Virus record (IMG/VR): IMGVR_UViG_3300044993_000054
Location: 1 to 57,914 of that record
Length of the DNA: 57,914 bases
Direction: 5' to 3' (one strand)
DNA from: a virus
Lineage: Duplodnaviria > Caudoviricetes
Below are positions 18,083 to 27,031 of the stretch, in pieces (position 1 is the stretch's first letter; each line of letters opens with the position of its first letter). The notes under the pieces were generated by a model. It ran no database searches, was not told where the DNA came from, and was given only the letters and a program-made list of their open reading frames with translations. The translations under genes were made by a program, and so were the position numbers.

Positions 18083-18732
18083 GGTTTCACCCATACAGCT
18101 TCAGTTGTTCTAAACCTTTGGCCTTGTATATCGGTGAGAGGTTTGAAGTCCATCCAGTCAGCTTTTGTGTTTTCGCAAACAATTACTTGACCATTCCTAC
18201 TGACGCAAAACTCCCGGCAAGCATTATAGTCAAAATCCTTACCACCCACAGTATATTCATGGCCTCCGTGTTGATACGGAGGATCAATGAACCATGTGGC
18301 CTCGACATTAGGCAAATCGCGGTAGTCTAGTTTGGTTATTTTCCAGTGTTTGATTAGCTTTACTTTAGCCGCAAGTCGTTCCCGTCCACCCTTCGCCCAA
18401 CTTTGAAAAGCTCCTGCGACATTCCGGGGTGTTTCCGTTCCACCGTTAGACTGGAAAGCCACCAAAGTCCTTTCAGGACCAGGAGGCATATCAATCCGCT
18501 GTTTAGGTTGAAAGGTCGGCAATTTCAAAATATCTGATTCAGTTGCATCATGAATCAGCCAGCTCCACAATTCAAAGACAGGTTCATGAAGGTCGTTCAA
18601 CCAAACGTCCCTGTCATGGTACAGCATACTGTAATGGGCCGCTCCACAAAACGGCTCTATGATAAGACTGTGAGTAGGTTTAGGATATTTATGTGCAATC
18701 TTAGACTTGCTCCCATAATAGCTGAACATCAC
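18079..18732 (-). CDS. Dam-like (alpha class) DNA amino-methyltransferase
   Basis: YYGSK, IEPFCGAA (motif I), LNDL, FIDPPY (motif IV); visibly more AT-rich than neighbours. Confidence 0.85.
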   Translation of the reverse strand: MMFSYYGSKSKIAHKYPKPTHSLIIEPFCGAAHYSMLYHDRDVWLNDLHEPVFELWSWLIHDATESDILKLPTFQPKQRIDMPPGPERTLVAFQSNGGTETPRNVAGAFQSWAKGGRERLAAKVKLIKHWKITKLDYRDLPNVEATWFIDPPYQHGGHEYTVGGKDFDYNACREFCVSRNGQVIVCENTKADWMDFKPLTDIQGQRFRTTEAVWVKP

Positions 18733-19352
18733 CGTCTCCCCCGCTCAACCATTGCGTTGATGAGGGCTTCCCGAGGGTTCTGATAGGGAAGATCCACAAC
18801 TGTAATACCCGGGAGCTTGGCAAACTTGTCCCGGGTTGCAAGGATAGCGCGGACCTTATCCCGCACTTGATCTTCCTTGATATCTCGAACCTTCCCGGCC
18901 CGCTCCTGACGCTCGCGGATACGGGACAGACAGACCTCCACGGGCGTGTCTAGGTATGCAACCAGGACATCGTGCCCGTCCCGCGCCAGCTCCCCGAAGG
19001 TCGTAGCCCAGGAGCCGAACACCGTGGAGGCCAGGACGCCCTCGCACACGACATGCGGCCAGCGCTTGGCGGCAGCCATGACAGCCTCCTGCTGGAGCTC
19101 AAAGGAGCCCACTGTGTCCAGCCCGCCCTGCGCCTGAGCATAGCTGCCGATGCACGCGACCTCGCCCACGACGCCCGACACGCGGGACACCACGGCGGTG
19201 ACCACAACATCAATGATCCTGTGGGGGTCCTTCTTGGTAGGTGACGGGACGCTGCGGCGCAGGACCTCCTCCACACGGGCATCTGGGCTCTGGAAGGAAC
19301 GGGCCAGGGTGGTCTTACCGCTGCCGTTGGTTCCTCGGATATTGACGATCAT
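18729..19352 (-). CDS. P-loop kinase of the 5hmdU pathway
   Basis: NIRGTNGSGKTT Walker A, GGLDT, CEG, LDTPVEVCLSRIRER lid. Confidence 0.8.
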   Translation of the reverse strand: MIVNIRGTNGSGKTTLARSFQSPDARVEEVLRRSVPSPTKKDPHRIIDVVVTAVVSRVSGVVGEVACIGSYAQAQGGLDTVGSFELQQEAVMAAAKRWPHVVCEGVLASTVFGSWATTFGELARDGHDVLVAYLDTPVEVCLSRIRERQERAGKVRDIKEDQVRDKVRAILATRDKFAKLPGITVVDLPYQNPREALINAMVERGRR

Positions 19353-19405
19353 GAGCCTAATCCTCCATTTCTCCCTCGAAGTCTACCCCCGGGGAATACT
19401 GCCGG

Positions 19406-20236
19406 TCAAGCAGTTACATTTGGGTAGCAGCTGAGAAGGTCTTGTGCCCCCCAGCGCTGAAGCTCCTCCCGGTGAGCCTTGATATCCGCGCCAATCCAGT
19501 AGTGTCCGCCCCGGGCGGACTTCCACTTACACAGCACCGTCTCTACTTCCTGAACATTCACATAGCGGTTTCTTCCCGGTGGCGCCAGCGTGTAGCGGTA
19601 TTTCTCCAGGAGATGCTCGGTAACTTCCTGCGGGGAAAGGTTCCCGAGAAGTGGACCGGCAAGCTCGGCACCCTTCCTCGGGTCGCGGTACAGCGTGGTG
19701 ATGTCGTTAGGGAAGCTCACCGGAAGGCCCATCACACGCTCCAGCATGTCCGCCGCCTTGAAGGCAATCCACGGACCGAACTGCGGCCAGCGGGTCACAG
19801 CCAGCTCCACCACCTGGAGGTTGATCTGCCCAGGCAGGTTCTCCAGCTCCTTGACCGCGTCCTCCGGGTTGGGGAACTCCTTGGACAGCCACAGCACGCT
19901 GTCCACACACTTCCGTCCCCTCCAGTGCCGCCGTTCATGTGCCCTGGGCCAACGCTCTAGCTCGCACGCTCCGATCTGGTCCGGTCCAATCTCATTCTGT
20001 GCTGCGCAGTGAAGCCAGCGCCAGAAGTCCTGCCCCTCATGTTGGCTGATCCACCAACTCGCTCCAACGCTGTAACAGGACCAGTACGCGAGAAGATACC
20101 GGCGCACACGGTTGTCGTCCGCATGCTCCCGCTTCCAATTCCAAAGACCAGTGTAAAGAGGGTCATGATCCTCGGTGCGGATGAGCTCGCGCCCCCACTC
20201 TACCGGATCATTCAAGAGGCTCTCACCAGGTCTCAT
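19406..20236 (-). CDS. Amino acid:DNA transferase (aGPT-Pplase2)
   Basis: DHDPLY, ERRHWRG, FGPWIAFKAADM, QEVETVLCKWKS; start reassigned to MRPGE. Confidence 0.85.
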   Translation of the reverse strand: MRPGESLLNDPVEWGRELIRTEDHDPLYTGLWNWKREHADDNRVRRYLLAYWSCYSVGASWWISQHEGQDFWRWLHCAAQNEIGPDQIGACELERWPRAHERRHWRGRKCVDSVLWLSKEFPNPEDAVKELENLPGQINLQVVELAVTRWPQFGPWIAFKAADMLERVMGLPVSFPNDITTLYRDPRKGAELAGPLLGNLSPQEVTEHLLEKYRYTLAPPGRNRYVNVQEVETVLCKWKSARGGHYWIGADIKAHREELQRWGAQDLLSCYPNVTA

Positions 20237-20447
20237 CGGGCATTCCTCCGCTGTCCTGGGTTCCCTTCTCCTGGCAGAACGGACAGAGATGCTCCCAAAC
20301 TCCCCGAACCTTTTCCGCTTTGTAGCCTTCAATGGCAATCGCATCAAGAACGTCATTCCAGTCGTAGTCTGGACTGTCCACCTCAACGAAGTCGCTGCAA
20401 TGATCACAACAAATGAGGTATCCGCCCCGCTCGCGTTCCACAGTCAT
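20223..20447 (-). CDS. Small zinc-ribbon protein
   Basis: CDHC...CPFC pairs; overlaps both neighbours. Confidence 0.6.
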   Translation of the reverse strand: MTVERERGGYLICCDHCSDFVEVDSPDYDWNDVLDAIAIEGYKAEKVRGVWEHLCPFCQEKGTQDSGGMPDETW

Positions 20448-21823
20448 TTCTTCACCGGCTCCTTGAAGTCAGACATACGCAGAGCCTTAGCGGAGCCAAA
20501 CAGAGTGGATCCACAAGCTCCAGTCTTACCGTCCGCGCTATTGTCCGCACAGAGCAAACAGCCCGATGGCGGACACTCGGCAACCTCGCTAAATGGAACA
20601 TCAGTGGAGATACGTGTGAACATCGGAACGCGATGACCATGACATTGATCCGCCGTGGTAAACTCCGGCCCAATGCTGATCCAGCCCCGTTCCGGGTCCT
20701 TGCGGTACTCATAACAAGTAGCGTAGGTCATACCGAGCTCAGTGGCCCAGCGCTGGTAAAGCCGATGAGCCTCCAGTCGATACTCCTCAATCACAGTTTT
20801 CTGTGCCCCGGCGCTGTTCTCCACAAACAACTCTCGGAAAGTTGCTGCGCGGTTGTCTCCGAAACGTTTGATCATCCGCTCCACCATGGTCGCGGCCCAA
20901 CTGTAACCCGCTTCTACAAACTTGACGATGACGTGGTTGTTGCCCACGGCGGCGAGACGTTCAAACAGCCGCCGGATGTCATCATGAGAGGTTATCCCGG
21001 GAACAACGGGATTGACCTGAATGGAAGTGTAGATGCCCCGGCGGCGAAGCTCCCTGACTTCCTGTATGTGGTCCTCAAGAGGAAGTGCCCCTGGGCTTAG
21101 CTTTTTCCAGTCATCATCGTCCCCAGTATTCAAGGACTTCTGAGCATAGCTGTATTTGTTGCGTTGAAGAAGGTCCACCGCCCAGCCTGGATACTGAAGC
21201 CGGGAAAGAAAGAACACCGGAAGACCGGCCCGATCAAATGCCTCCGCTCCTTGCTGGGTGTTGTGGTAGATGTCTTCAAGAGGGAGGAACGGATCAGTGA
21301 AGCTGGAGAAATACCCGGCTGTAGCACTTCTCATTCGGCCCAACATCTGCTCCACCTGTTTCCCGTAGTGGATCGGAACGCTGATGAGTCCGCTGCCCCG
21401 GTATCCACGGAAGCCGCTGTTGATGTAACAAAAAGCACAGCCTACTGTACAATAACCTCCATAAGGCTCAGTGAGTACAGCATCGGTGAAGCAGGGACGC
21501 GGACGGGAACCCTGCTTGTCATTATGCTTGGGCTGGTACCAACCTTGGAGGTCCTTAGCTTTCTCCAGCCGGATGTGTGGGAGAGAAGAACGGCCATCAA
21601 ATCCCAGATAGACCTTGACCTCACGCATCATGTCCTTAGGAGCGTTCCGAACCATCCCAACTTTTGCGATACGGAACTTAGCAATGCGTCCGGTGAGTGG
21701 ATCATACTCTTCCTGAATGTCCCCGAGGAACTCCCGTTGTTCCGGGTCAGGTCTCATGAAGTACTGATAGGAAGTTTGGGCATCCTCGCCCGTATCCTGA
21801 TTCAGCCAAGCCGCGTGGTCCAA
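20444..21823 (-). CDS. Radical SAM enzyme (putative glycinyl-thymine isomerase)
   Basis: CTVGCAFC (CxxxCxxC), SSFTDPF, C-terminal extra Cys cluster; sits between the PLP enzyme and the AA:DNA transferase. Confidence 0.85.
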   Translation of the reverse strand: MDHAAWLNQDTGEDAQTSYQYFMRPDPEQREFLGDIQEEYDPLTGRIAKFRIAKVGMVRNAPKDMMREVKVYLGFDGRSSLPHIRLEKAKDLQGWYQPKHNDKQGSRPRPCFTDAVLTEPYGGYCTVGCAFCYINSGFRGYRGSGLISVPIHYGKQVEQMLGRMRSATAGYFSSFTDPFLPLEDIYHNTQQGAEAFDRAGLPVFFLSRLQYPGWAVDLLQRNKYSYAQKSLNTGDDDDWKKLSPGALPLEDHIQEVRELRRRGIYTSIQVNPVVPGITSHDDIRRLFERLAAVGNNHVIVKFVEAGYSWAATMVERMIKRFGDNRAATFRELFVENSAGAQKTVIEEYRLEAHRLYQRWATELGMTYATCYEYRKDPERGWISIGPEFTTADQCHGHRVPMFTRISTDVPFSEVAECPPSGCLLCADNSADGKTGACGSTLFGSAKALRMSDFKEPVKK

Positions 21824-21835
21824 TGTCGCGTCTCC

Positions 21836-22678
21836 TCACCCGATGTTCCACATGATGGCACTTCCAAAGCGGTCGCGTCCCTCGCGTAACCACCAACGGA
21901 ATGCCTTGAGGTCATAATATGGATTGCAGGGCCAAGGGGGAGTTTCCCCCTGTCTGGCCACATCTTTGTACCCATAGCCTTCGTTGATCAGGGTGATCCG
22001 CATATCCCTGATGGGTATTCCGGCCATATTCTGAACATATCTCAGAACCGCCCCTTGAGGGCGATCATACCCCTGGTGAAGGATGAATCGGCGGTGTCCC
22101 TGACCCGCTTCGGTAAAGCCTTTGATGACTCCTGCTGCGATGGTCCCCGAGCTAATGGCTATAAGTACTGGGGCATCGTCTCCTAGGATGTCCAGTGATC
22201 CGTTCTCAATCGTGCGCGCGACCTCCGCCGCTGTTTCGCTCACCATCTCCGGGAGTTTTAGCGCATTGGGCATCATGTAGCTGTCGTTAGCGCGTGCGAG
22301 GTCCTTCTTAGCCCGATGATACAGAATTGCTGATCGTCCCGCTGGAAGGGGTTGGAGATAAGCCCCAAGGGAAAGAGCGCGCAACTGAGGGTTACGCGGT
22401 CCCGGATCATTTTTGAAGTCTGGGTAGTAATTGATGCAGGTCTTGCCCAGCAGGGCACAGGCCTGGGCCACCGCGTGCCCCGCCTGGGAGTGGTAGGTGT
22501 CCAGGACACCAATGACCTCCTCCGGGCGGTTCTTGACATGGGCGAACACACCCCGGGTCTTGGAGAAGGGTGGGCCGGGGGGCGGGCAGCAGAGGTCCTC
22601 GCGCTTCACCAGCAAACCATACTGGTCGAAGTAGTCCTCAACTGGCGTGTTGTTGACGATCATCCTTTGTTCTTCCAA
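21836..22678 (-). CDS. PLP-dependent enzyme (fold type II), putative DNA-base decarboxylase
   Basis: TPVE...VKREDL...SKTRG (PLP Lys), SSGTIAAG, YDLKA, WNIG. Confidence 0.85.
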   Translation of the reverse strand: MEEQRMIVNNTPVEDYFDQYGLLVKREDLCCPPPGPPFSKTRGVFAHVKNRPEEVIGVLDTYHSQAGHAVAQACALLGKTCINYYPDFKNDPGPRNPQLRALSLGAYLQPLPAGRSAILYHRAKKDLARANDSYMMPNALKLPEMVSETAAEVARTIENGSLDILGDDAPVLIAISSGTIAAGVIKGFTEAGQGHRRFILHQGYDRPQGAVLRYVQNMAGIPIRDMRITLINEGYGYKDVARQGETPPWPCNPYYDLKAFRWWLREGRDRFGSAIMWNIG

Positions 22679-22956
22679 CTCCTTACCATCTCGAGCTTAT
22701 CCCCGGACGCCCCCCGGGACAAGCTGGTTCACTTGATCTTCAGGCTGGACTGACTGCCCAACTGAATACCAAGACCGATGTCGTCTGTCTCCGCTTGAGC
22801 GAAGTCCTCCATGACGACAACCACTGTTCCGCTGCCGGATTTGACGCAGGAACTGGCTTGCCCTTCTCGCTGGACCCGAGCCTTGGCCGACTGCTCCGCC
22901 AGCGCCTCCTCATGCCTCTCGCGCAGCCGCTCGGCAAAGTGAGGCCTGAGCTGAGC

Positions 22957-23709
22957 TCAGGCCTTCTTGCGACGGGGGAGATGAGGAAGCGGAGCGGACA
23001 AGCCAGCCGGGAGCACCAGATGATAGCAGTCCGCGTCCCCGCGCTTGGTCGTGCGGATGCCATAGCCCTTGATCTTGTTCATATCCCAGTTGAGCCCGGA
23101 TTTGACCGTGACTTCCTGCCAGGGCTTGTTCCCGCCCGAAAGAGCAGCGATGAGCTCCTCCATGGTCGCACCCTCGGGACGGGAAAGGAGGTCCACCATC
23201 ATCGCCTGCTTGGTACCTTCCTTGCAGGGATACACCGTGGCTTTCGGAGCGAGGTTGATGCCCGTGTTCTGACGCTTTGCCTTCTTGGGCTGGTTAACGA
23301 ACACCGGGGAGCCCTCCTCAATGGCCCGATTGACCGCGCGGGAAAGAGCCTCCCTTGCGGGAGACTTCGCGCGGAGTTTGGCAGCACTCTCGCGGAGCTT
23401 GCGCTGAACCTCCTCGCGGGCAGCACGATCCGCCGCGAGGTCCACCAGATTGGCCCAGAGACGCTTGGCCGCCGACTGCTTGTCGCTGAAACGCTTGACG
23501 CGGGCGATGTTGGTGTCGAGCTCATCCGCCGTGGCATTGAAGAGCGCGACAGCCTGCGGCCCGGTCAGCTCCTCCAGATCAGCAGCGGAGGTCGCCAGGA
23601 ACTGATCCTGGCTGTCAGCGAAAGTCCGCGCCTCCTCCTCGGTGGCGTGAAAGGTCACCTTGAGGTTGGCGATGTCGATGGTGACGAAGATCATGGCGTC
23701 TTGCTCCAT
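22957..23709 (-). CDS. DUF3489-domain (wHTH) protein
   Basis: GTKQAMMVDLLSRPEGATMEEL...WQ..TV motif. Confidence 0.75.
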   Translation of the reverse strand: MEQDAMIFVTIDIANLKVTFHATEEEARTFADSQDQFLATSAADLEELTGPQAVALFNATADELDTNIARVKRFSDKQSAAKRLWANLVDLAADRAAREEVQRKLRESAAKLRAKSPAREALSRAVNRAIEEGSPVFVNQPKKAKRQNTGINLAPKATVYPCKEGTKQAMMVDLLSRPEGATMEELIAALSGGNKPWQEVTVKSGLNWDMNKIKGYGIRTTKRGDADCYHLVLPAGLSAPLPHLPRRKKA

Positions 23710-23737
23710 TTCTCAGGTTGAGCCGGTGGACCGCCCA

Positions 23738-23780
23738 CCGGGGATAAGTCCTACATAACAAGCTCCCGGGGATAAGTCAA
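23738..23780 (-). promoter_or_regulatory. sigma70 promoter TTGACT-N17-TATGTA with two TTATCCCCGG boxes
   Basis: Boxes at 23738 and 23766; -35 at 23775-23780. Confidence 0.8.
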
Positions 23781-23834
23781 GACCCTTCGGGCAAAAAAGT
23801 CGCGCTCAACAAGAAAAGATGTCTCTGTGGGAGG

Positions 23835-23860
23835 GCAGGGGGCGCTGATCCACCCCCTGC
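23835..23860 (-). terminator. Hairpin downstream of nrdJ
   Basis: GCAGGGGG...CCCCCTGC stem. Confidence 0.5.
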
Positions 23861-23866
23861 GACGGA

Positions 23867-25609
23867 TCAGGCACACTCCTTCCGGCCCGTCTCGAAGTCG
23901 ATGAAGCAGGATGTGACAGGCTCATCCACCTTCGGGGTATCCCCTCTTGTCTTGCCCGTCAACAACGCCATACGCTTTCCATCAATGTTGAAGGTAGTGC
24001 AGCCCTTCGCCCCTCCCTCCCAGGCGGAGCTGTAGAGACGCTTGAAGTCTTCCCAGGGCACAGTCCCATCCAGGTTGCAGGTCTTGGATACGGCGCTGTC
24101 TACCCAGCGCTGGGCCGTGGTCAGGGCGGCGATGTGCTCCTGAGGCTTGACTTCGTTGGCACGACGCCCACGCACCCCGAACTCGCGCACCCCGTAGTCC
24201 TCCACCTCCACCATCTCCACCCCGCCGGGGGTGTTGACAGGACGCTCGGTGACGTAGTCAAAGACTGGCTCCAGGCCGGAGCTCACGTTGTCCGCGCACA
24301 GGCTGATGGTCCCGGTCGGAGCGATAGAGGTCAGGTGGGAGTTGCGGATGCCGTGCTTGGCGATGAGGGCGCGCACGTCATCGGGGAGCTTCTTGATGAA
24401 CTCGCCCTTCAGGTACCGCTCCGCATCGAACAAGGGAAAGGCTCCCTTTTCAGCAGCGAGAAGAGCACTGGCACGGTATGACTCCACAGCGATGAGCTCC
24501 AATATCTCCTCGGTCCATTGAAGGGCTTCCCGGGAACCATAGGGAAAGCCCAGAGCCTCCACCGCATTCGCAAGTCCAGTAACGCCCAGACCCATGCGAC
24601 GCTTGTTCAGCGCCTCCATCTTCTGCTGAGGCAAGGGGTAGCGAGCGCGATCAATCACGTTGTCCATAGCCCTTACTACGTGTGGAATGTCCTCGCGGAG
24701 CTGATCCTTGTCAAAGGTCCAGACATTAGACCCGTCCAATCTCACGTAGCTTCGGCGAATGTACTTAGCCAGGTTAAAGGATCCCAGGAGGCAGGCACCG
24801 AAAGGCGGAAGGGGTTGTTCACCACAAGGGTTGGTAGCGGCGATGGTCTCGCAATACCAGAGATTGTTCGTCCGGTTAATGGTGTCGATGAACAGCACTC
24901 CCGGCTCCGCCCAATCCCAGGTGGATCGCATGACCGTCTCCCACAATGCGGCCGCATCAACCTCCCGGTACACCGTTCCGCCCCAGGTCAGGTTGAAAGT
25001 CCGCCCCGCGTAGACAGCTTCCATGAAGGCATCTGTGACCGCGATGCTGATGTTGAACCCTGTGAGGGCAGTCGTATTCTGCTTGGCGCGAATGAACTCC
25101 TCAATGTCAGGGTGATCTACGCGAAGAACCCCCATCTGGGCTCCGCGTCTGTGACCCGAGGAAGCAATGCATTTGCAAACCGCGTCAAAGATAGACATGA
25201 ACGACACAGGACCGGAGGAGTGTGACTGGAGCTTACGGATGATGTCCCCCCGAGGGCGAAGTGTGCTGAAGTCGTATCCGATGCCGCCCCCCATCCGCAT
25301 GGTTGCAGCCGCCTCTGTGGCCCGCTGCATGATGTTTCCTTCTCCGTGAACAAAACTGTCTTCGATAGTGCCGGAGACATAGCAGTTGTAGGGAGTAGTG
25401 GCCCTAGCGGAACCCATCGCACTCTGAATACGGCCCGCGAACATGAAACGCATGGACCCGGTGATCTCACGTAAGGTATGGTAGTGGCTGTCACTATCCT
25501 TGAGAGCGGAGGCCACTCTGTTGTTCGCTTCCCGAAAGTCCTCCCCGTCTCCCCGGTACTTCATTGCATGGAAGTAGTCGCCCACGCGGGTCTGTGGACC
25601 TATCCTCAT
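23867..25609 (-). CDS. nrdJ: Class II (adenosylcobalamin-dependent) ribonucleotide reductase
   Basis: NCYV, GGGIG, RRGAQM, TNPCGEQ, CLLGS, APTGTIS, VSKT; C-terminal Cys pair; no nrdB in the genome. Confidence 0.9.
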   Translation of the reverse strand: MRIGPQTRVGDYFHAMKYRGDGEDFREANNRVASALKDSDSHYHTLREITGSMRFMFAGRIQSAMGSARATTPYNCYVSGTIEDSFVHGEGNIMQRATEAAATMRMGGGIGYDFSTLRPRGDIIRKLQSHSSGPVSFMSIFDAVCKCIASSGHRRGAQMGVLRVDHPDIEEFIRAKQNTTALTGFNISIAVTDAFMEAVYAGRTFNLTWGGTVYREVDAAALWETVMRSTWDWAEPGVLFIDTINRTNNLWYCETIAATNPCGEQPLPPFGACLLGSFNLAKYIRRSYVRLDGSNVWTFDKDQLREDIPHVVRAMDNVIDRARYPLPQQKMEALNKRRMGLGVTGLANAVEALGFPYGSREALQWTEEILELIAVESYRASALLAAEKGAFPLFDAERYLKGEFIKKLPDDVRALIAKHGIRNSHLTSIAPTGTISLCADNVSSGLEPVFDYVTERPVNTPGGVEMVEVEDYGVREFGVRGRRANEVKPQEHIAALTTAQRWVDSAVSKTCNLDGTVPWEDFKRLYSSAWEGGAKGCTTFNIDGKRMALLTGKTRGDTPKVDEPVTSCFIDFETGRKECA

Positions 25610-25620
25610 CTGATCCTCCG

Positions 25621-25636
25621 CAACTATATGTAGTGT
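25621..25636. promoter_or_regulatory. NrdR box directly upstream of the nrdJ RBS
   Basis: CAACTATATGTAGTGT versus consensus acaCwAtATaTwGtgt (13/16); a TTGACC promoter-like site lies further upstream. Confidence 0.7.
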
Positions 25637-25705
25637 GAGAGCTTCAGCTTAGTCCCTAGAACCAGCGCGGGTCAACGCTTACCTGATGCTGAAGACAATC
25701 GCAGC

Positions 25706-26947
25706 TCACCCCCGGACAACGGTCACGCTATCCTGAGCGCGAGTGATTGCTGTGTAGAGCCATCTCCGGCGGACCTCCAACTGCTTAAAGGAAGTGCTTT
25801 CGTCAATGATCAAGACCTTCGACCACTGTGATCCCTGCGACTTGTGAACGGTCAGAGCGTATCCAAAAGTGAACTCCTGAGCGTTCCTCCGATCCCAAAA
25901 TCCGATCTGCTCCGGGTCCCCGTCAAAGTGCTCGCGGTGGGCGCTCACCAAGATAGCTTCTCCGCCGTCCTCTGGCCTGATCCTCAAATTGAGGTATCCG
26001 CCCACATCTTCGGTATCTGCTACCGTCTCATGAAGGGTACCGTTAAGCAAACCCAAGTCCCTATCATTACGCAGACAAACTAGCTTCTCGCCTGCCTTCG
26101 GCCAGGGCGAACCGCTAAATCCTTTCAGCTCCCGCATGCGGCGGTTAGTAGACATCCGCGTTCTGTTGAGCCCAACTAGTATCTGGCTGGCCTCCATCGC
26201 AAGCTCAGGCGAGGCTTTCTGAATCACTCGGCTGGATCCGTATTCCCCGTGTCGAAGATCAGCGCCAGACCGAACTTGAGTTGCAAGATAGATGATAGGG
26301 TTGTCCCGAGCCTGACGATGAATCTCGGTGAGCATCACGTCCGGCTGGGCGTCAGTGAAATACCCGGTTCCCCTGATCGGAGGAAGTTGAGCTGGGTCGC
26401 CTAAGACTAGAACGGGACAACCGAAACTGAGGATGTCCCGCGCCATCTCCTCATCAACCATTGAGCACTCATCTACAACAAGCAGGGAGGCTTTTCTGAG
26501 GGGACTGTCCAGATTCAAAGTGAAGTCCGGGCGTTTGGCGTTCTTTTCCTCTCCCCTGATCTCGGTCAAAAGACGCTCACGGCGAGCTTGCCACTCGCTC
26601 AGTCGGGAAGGCGGAAGATGACCATCAGCCAAGGCCAGGTCTACTTCCTCCAGCTCAAGGTAAAGCTCTTGAAGTCTTGCCCTAGAACGTTCCTTGGAAT
26701 GGTATATGAGGCTGTGCAGGGTCTGCGCGTTAGGAGCCCCAGAGGCGCGAAGGACTGAAGCCGCCTTTCCAGTGAAAGCCGCAAATAGCACATCCCCATC
26801 AACTCCCTCGGCCAGGTGACGGGCCAGCGTGGTCTTTCCGGTTCCCGCGTATCCGAACAGGCGAAACAGTTGTTGATTTTCCGGGTTCTTCAGCCAGCGG
26901 CTGACTTTTCTCAAAGCCTCTTCCTGTTGAAGACTCCACATAGCCAT
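25706..26947 (-). CDS. RecD/Dda-like SF1B helicase
   Basis: GYAGTGKTT, VDECSM, GDPAQLPP, LTEIHRQ, YALTVHKSQGS, YTAITRA. Confidence 0.92.
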   Translation of the reverse strand: MAMWSLQQEEALRKVSRWLKNPENQQLFRLFGYAGTGKTTLARHLAEGVDGDVLFAAFTGKAASVLRASGAPNAQTLHSLIYHSKERSRARLQELYLELEEVDLALADGHLPPSRLSEWQARRERLLTEIRGEEKNAKRPDFTLNLDSPLRKASLLVVDECSMVDEEMARDILSFGCPVLVLGDPAQLPPIRGTGYFTDAQPDVMLTEIHRQARDNPIIYLATQVRSGADLRHGEYGSSRVIQKASPELAMEASQILVGLNRTRMSTNRRMRELKGFSGSPWPKAGEKLVCLRNDRDLGLLNGTLHETVADTEDVGGYLNLRIRPEDGGEAILVSAHREHFDGDPEQIGFWDRRNAQEFTFGYALTVHKSQGSQWSKVLIIDESTSFKQLEVRRRWLYTAITRAQDSVTVVRG

Positions 26948-27031
26948 TCCCTAGTACTCCATTTCTGTTCCCCGGCGGAACTGATAATCAATCCCGCCGG
27001 GAAGGACAACAGCTATCAATCCGGGAGAAGC

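Noticed and set aside
14927-22678. 7-deazaguanine or 2-aminoadenine (Z) modification system
   Set aside because: No dpdA, folE, queC/D/E or purZ motifs; the gene set matches the 5hmdU pathway
22680-22956. tRNA or other structured ncRNA in intergenic gaps
   Set aside because: No cloverleaf or T-loop signature recognised by eye; Infernal/tRNAscan would be needed to exclude it
23867-25609. Intein or intron in nrdJ, polA, terL or the helicases
   Set aside because: Lengths are compact, catalytic motifs are contiguous and no splice-junction or homing-endonuclease motifs were seen
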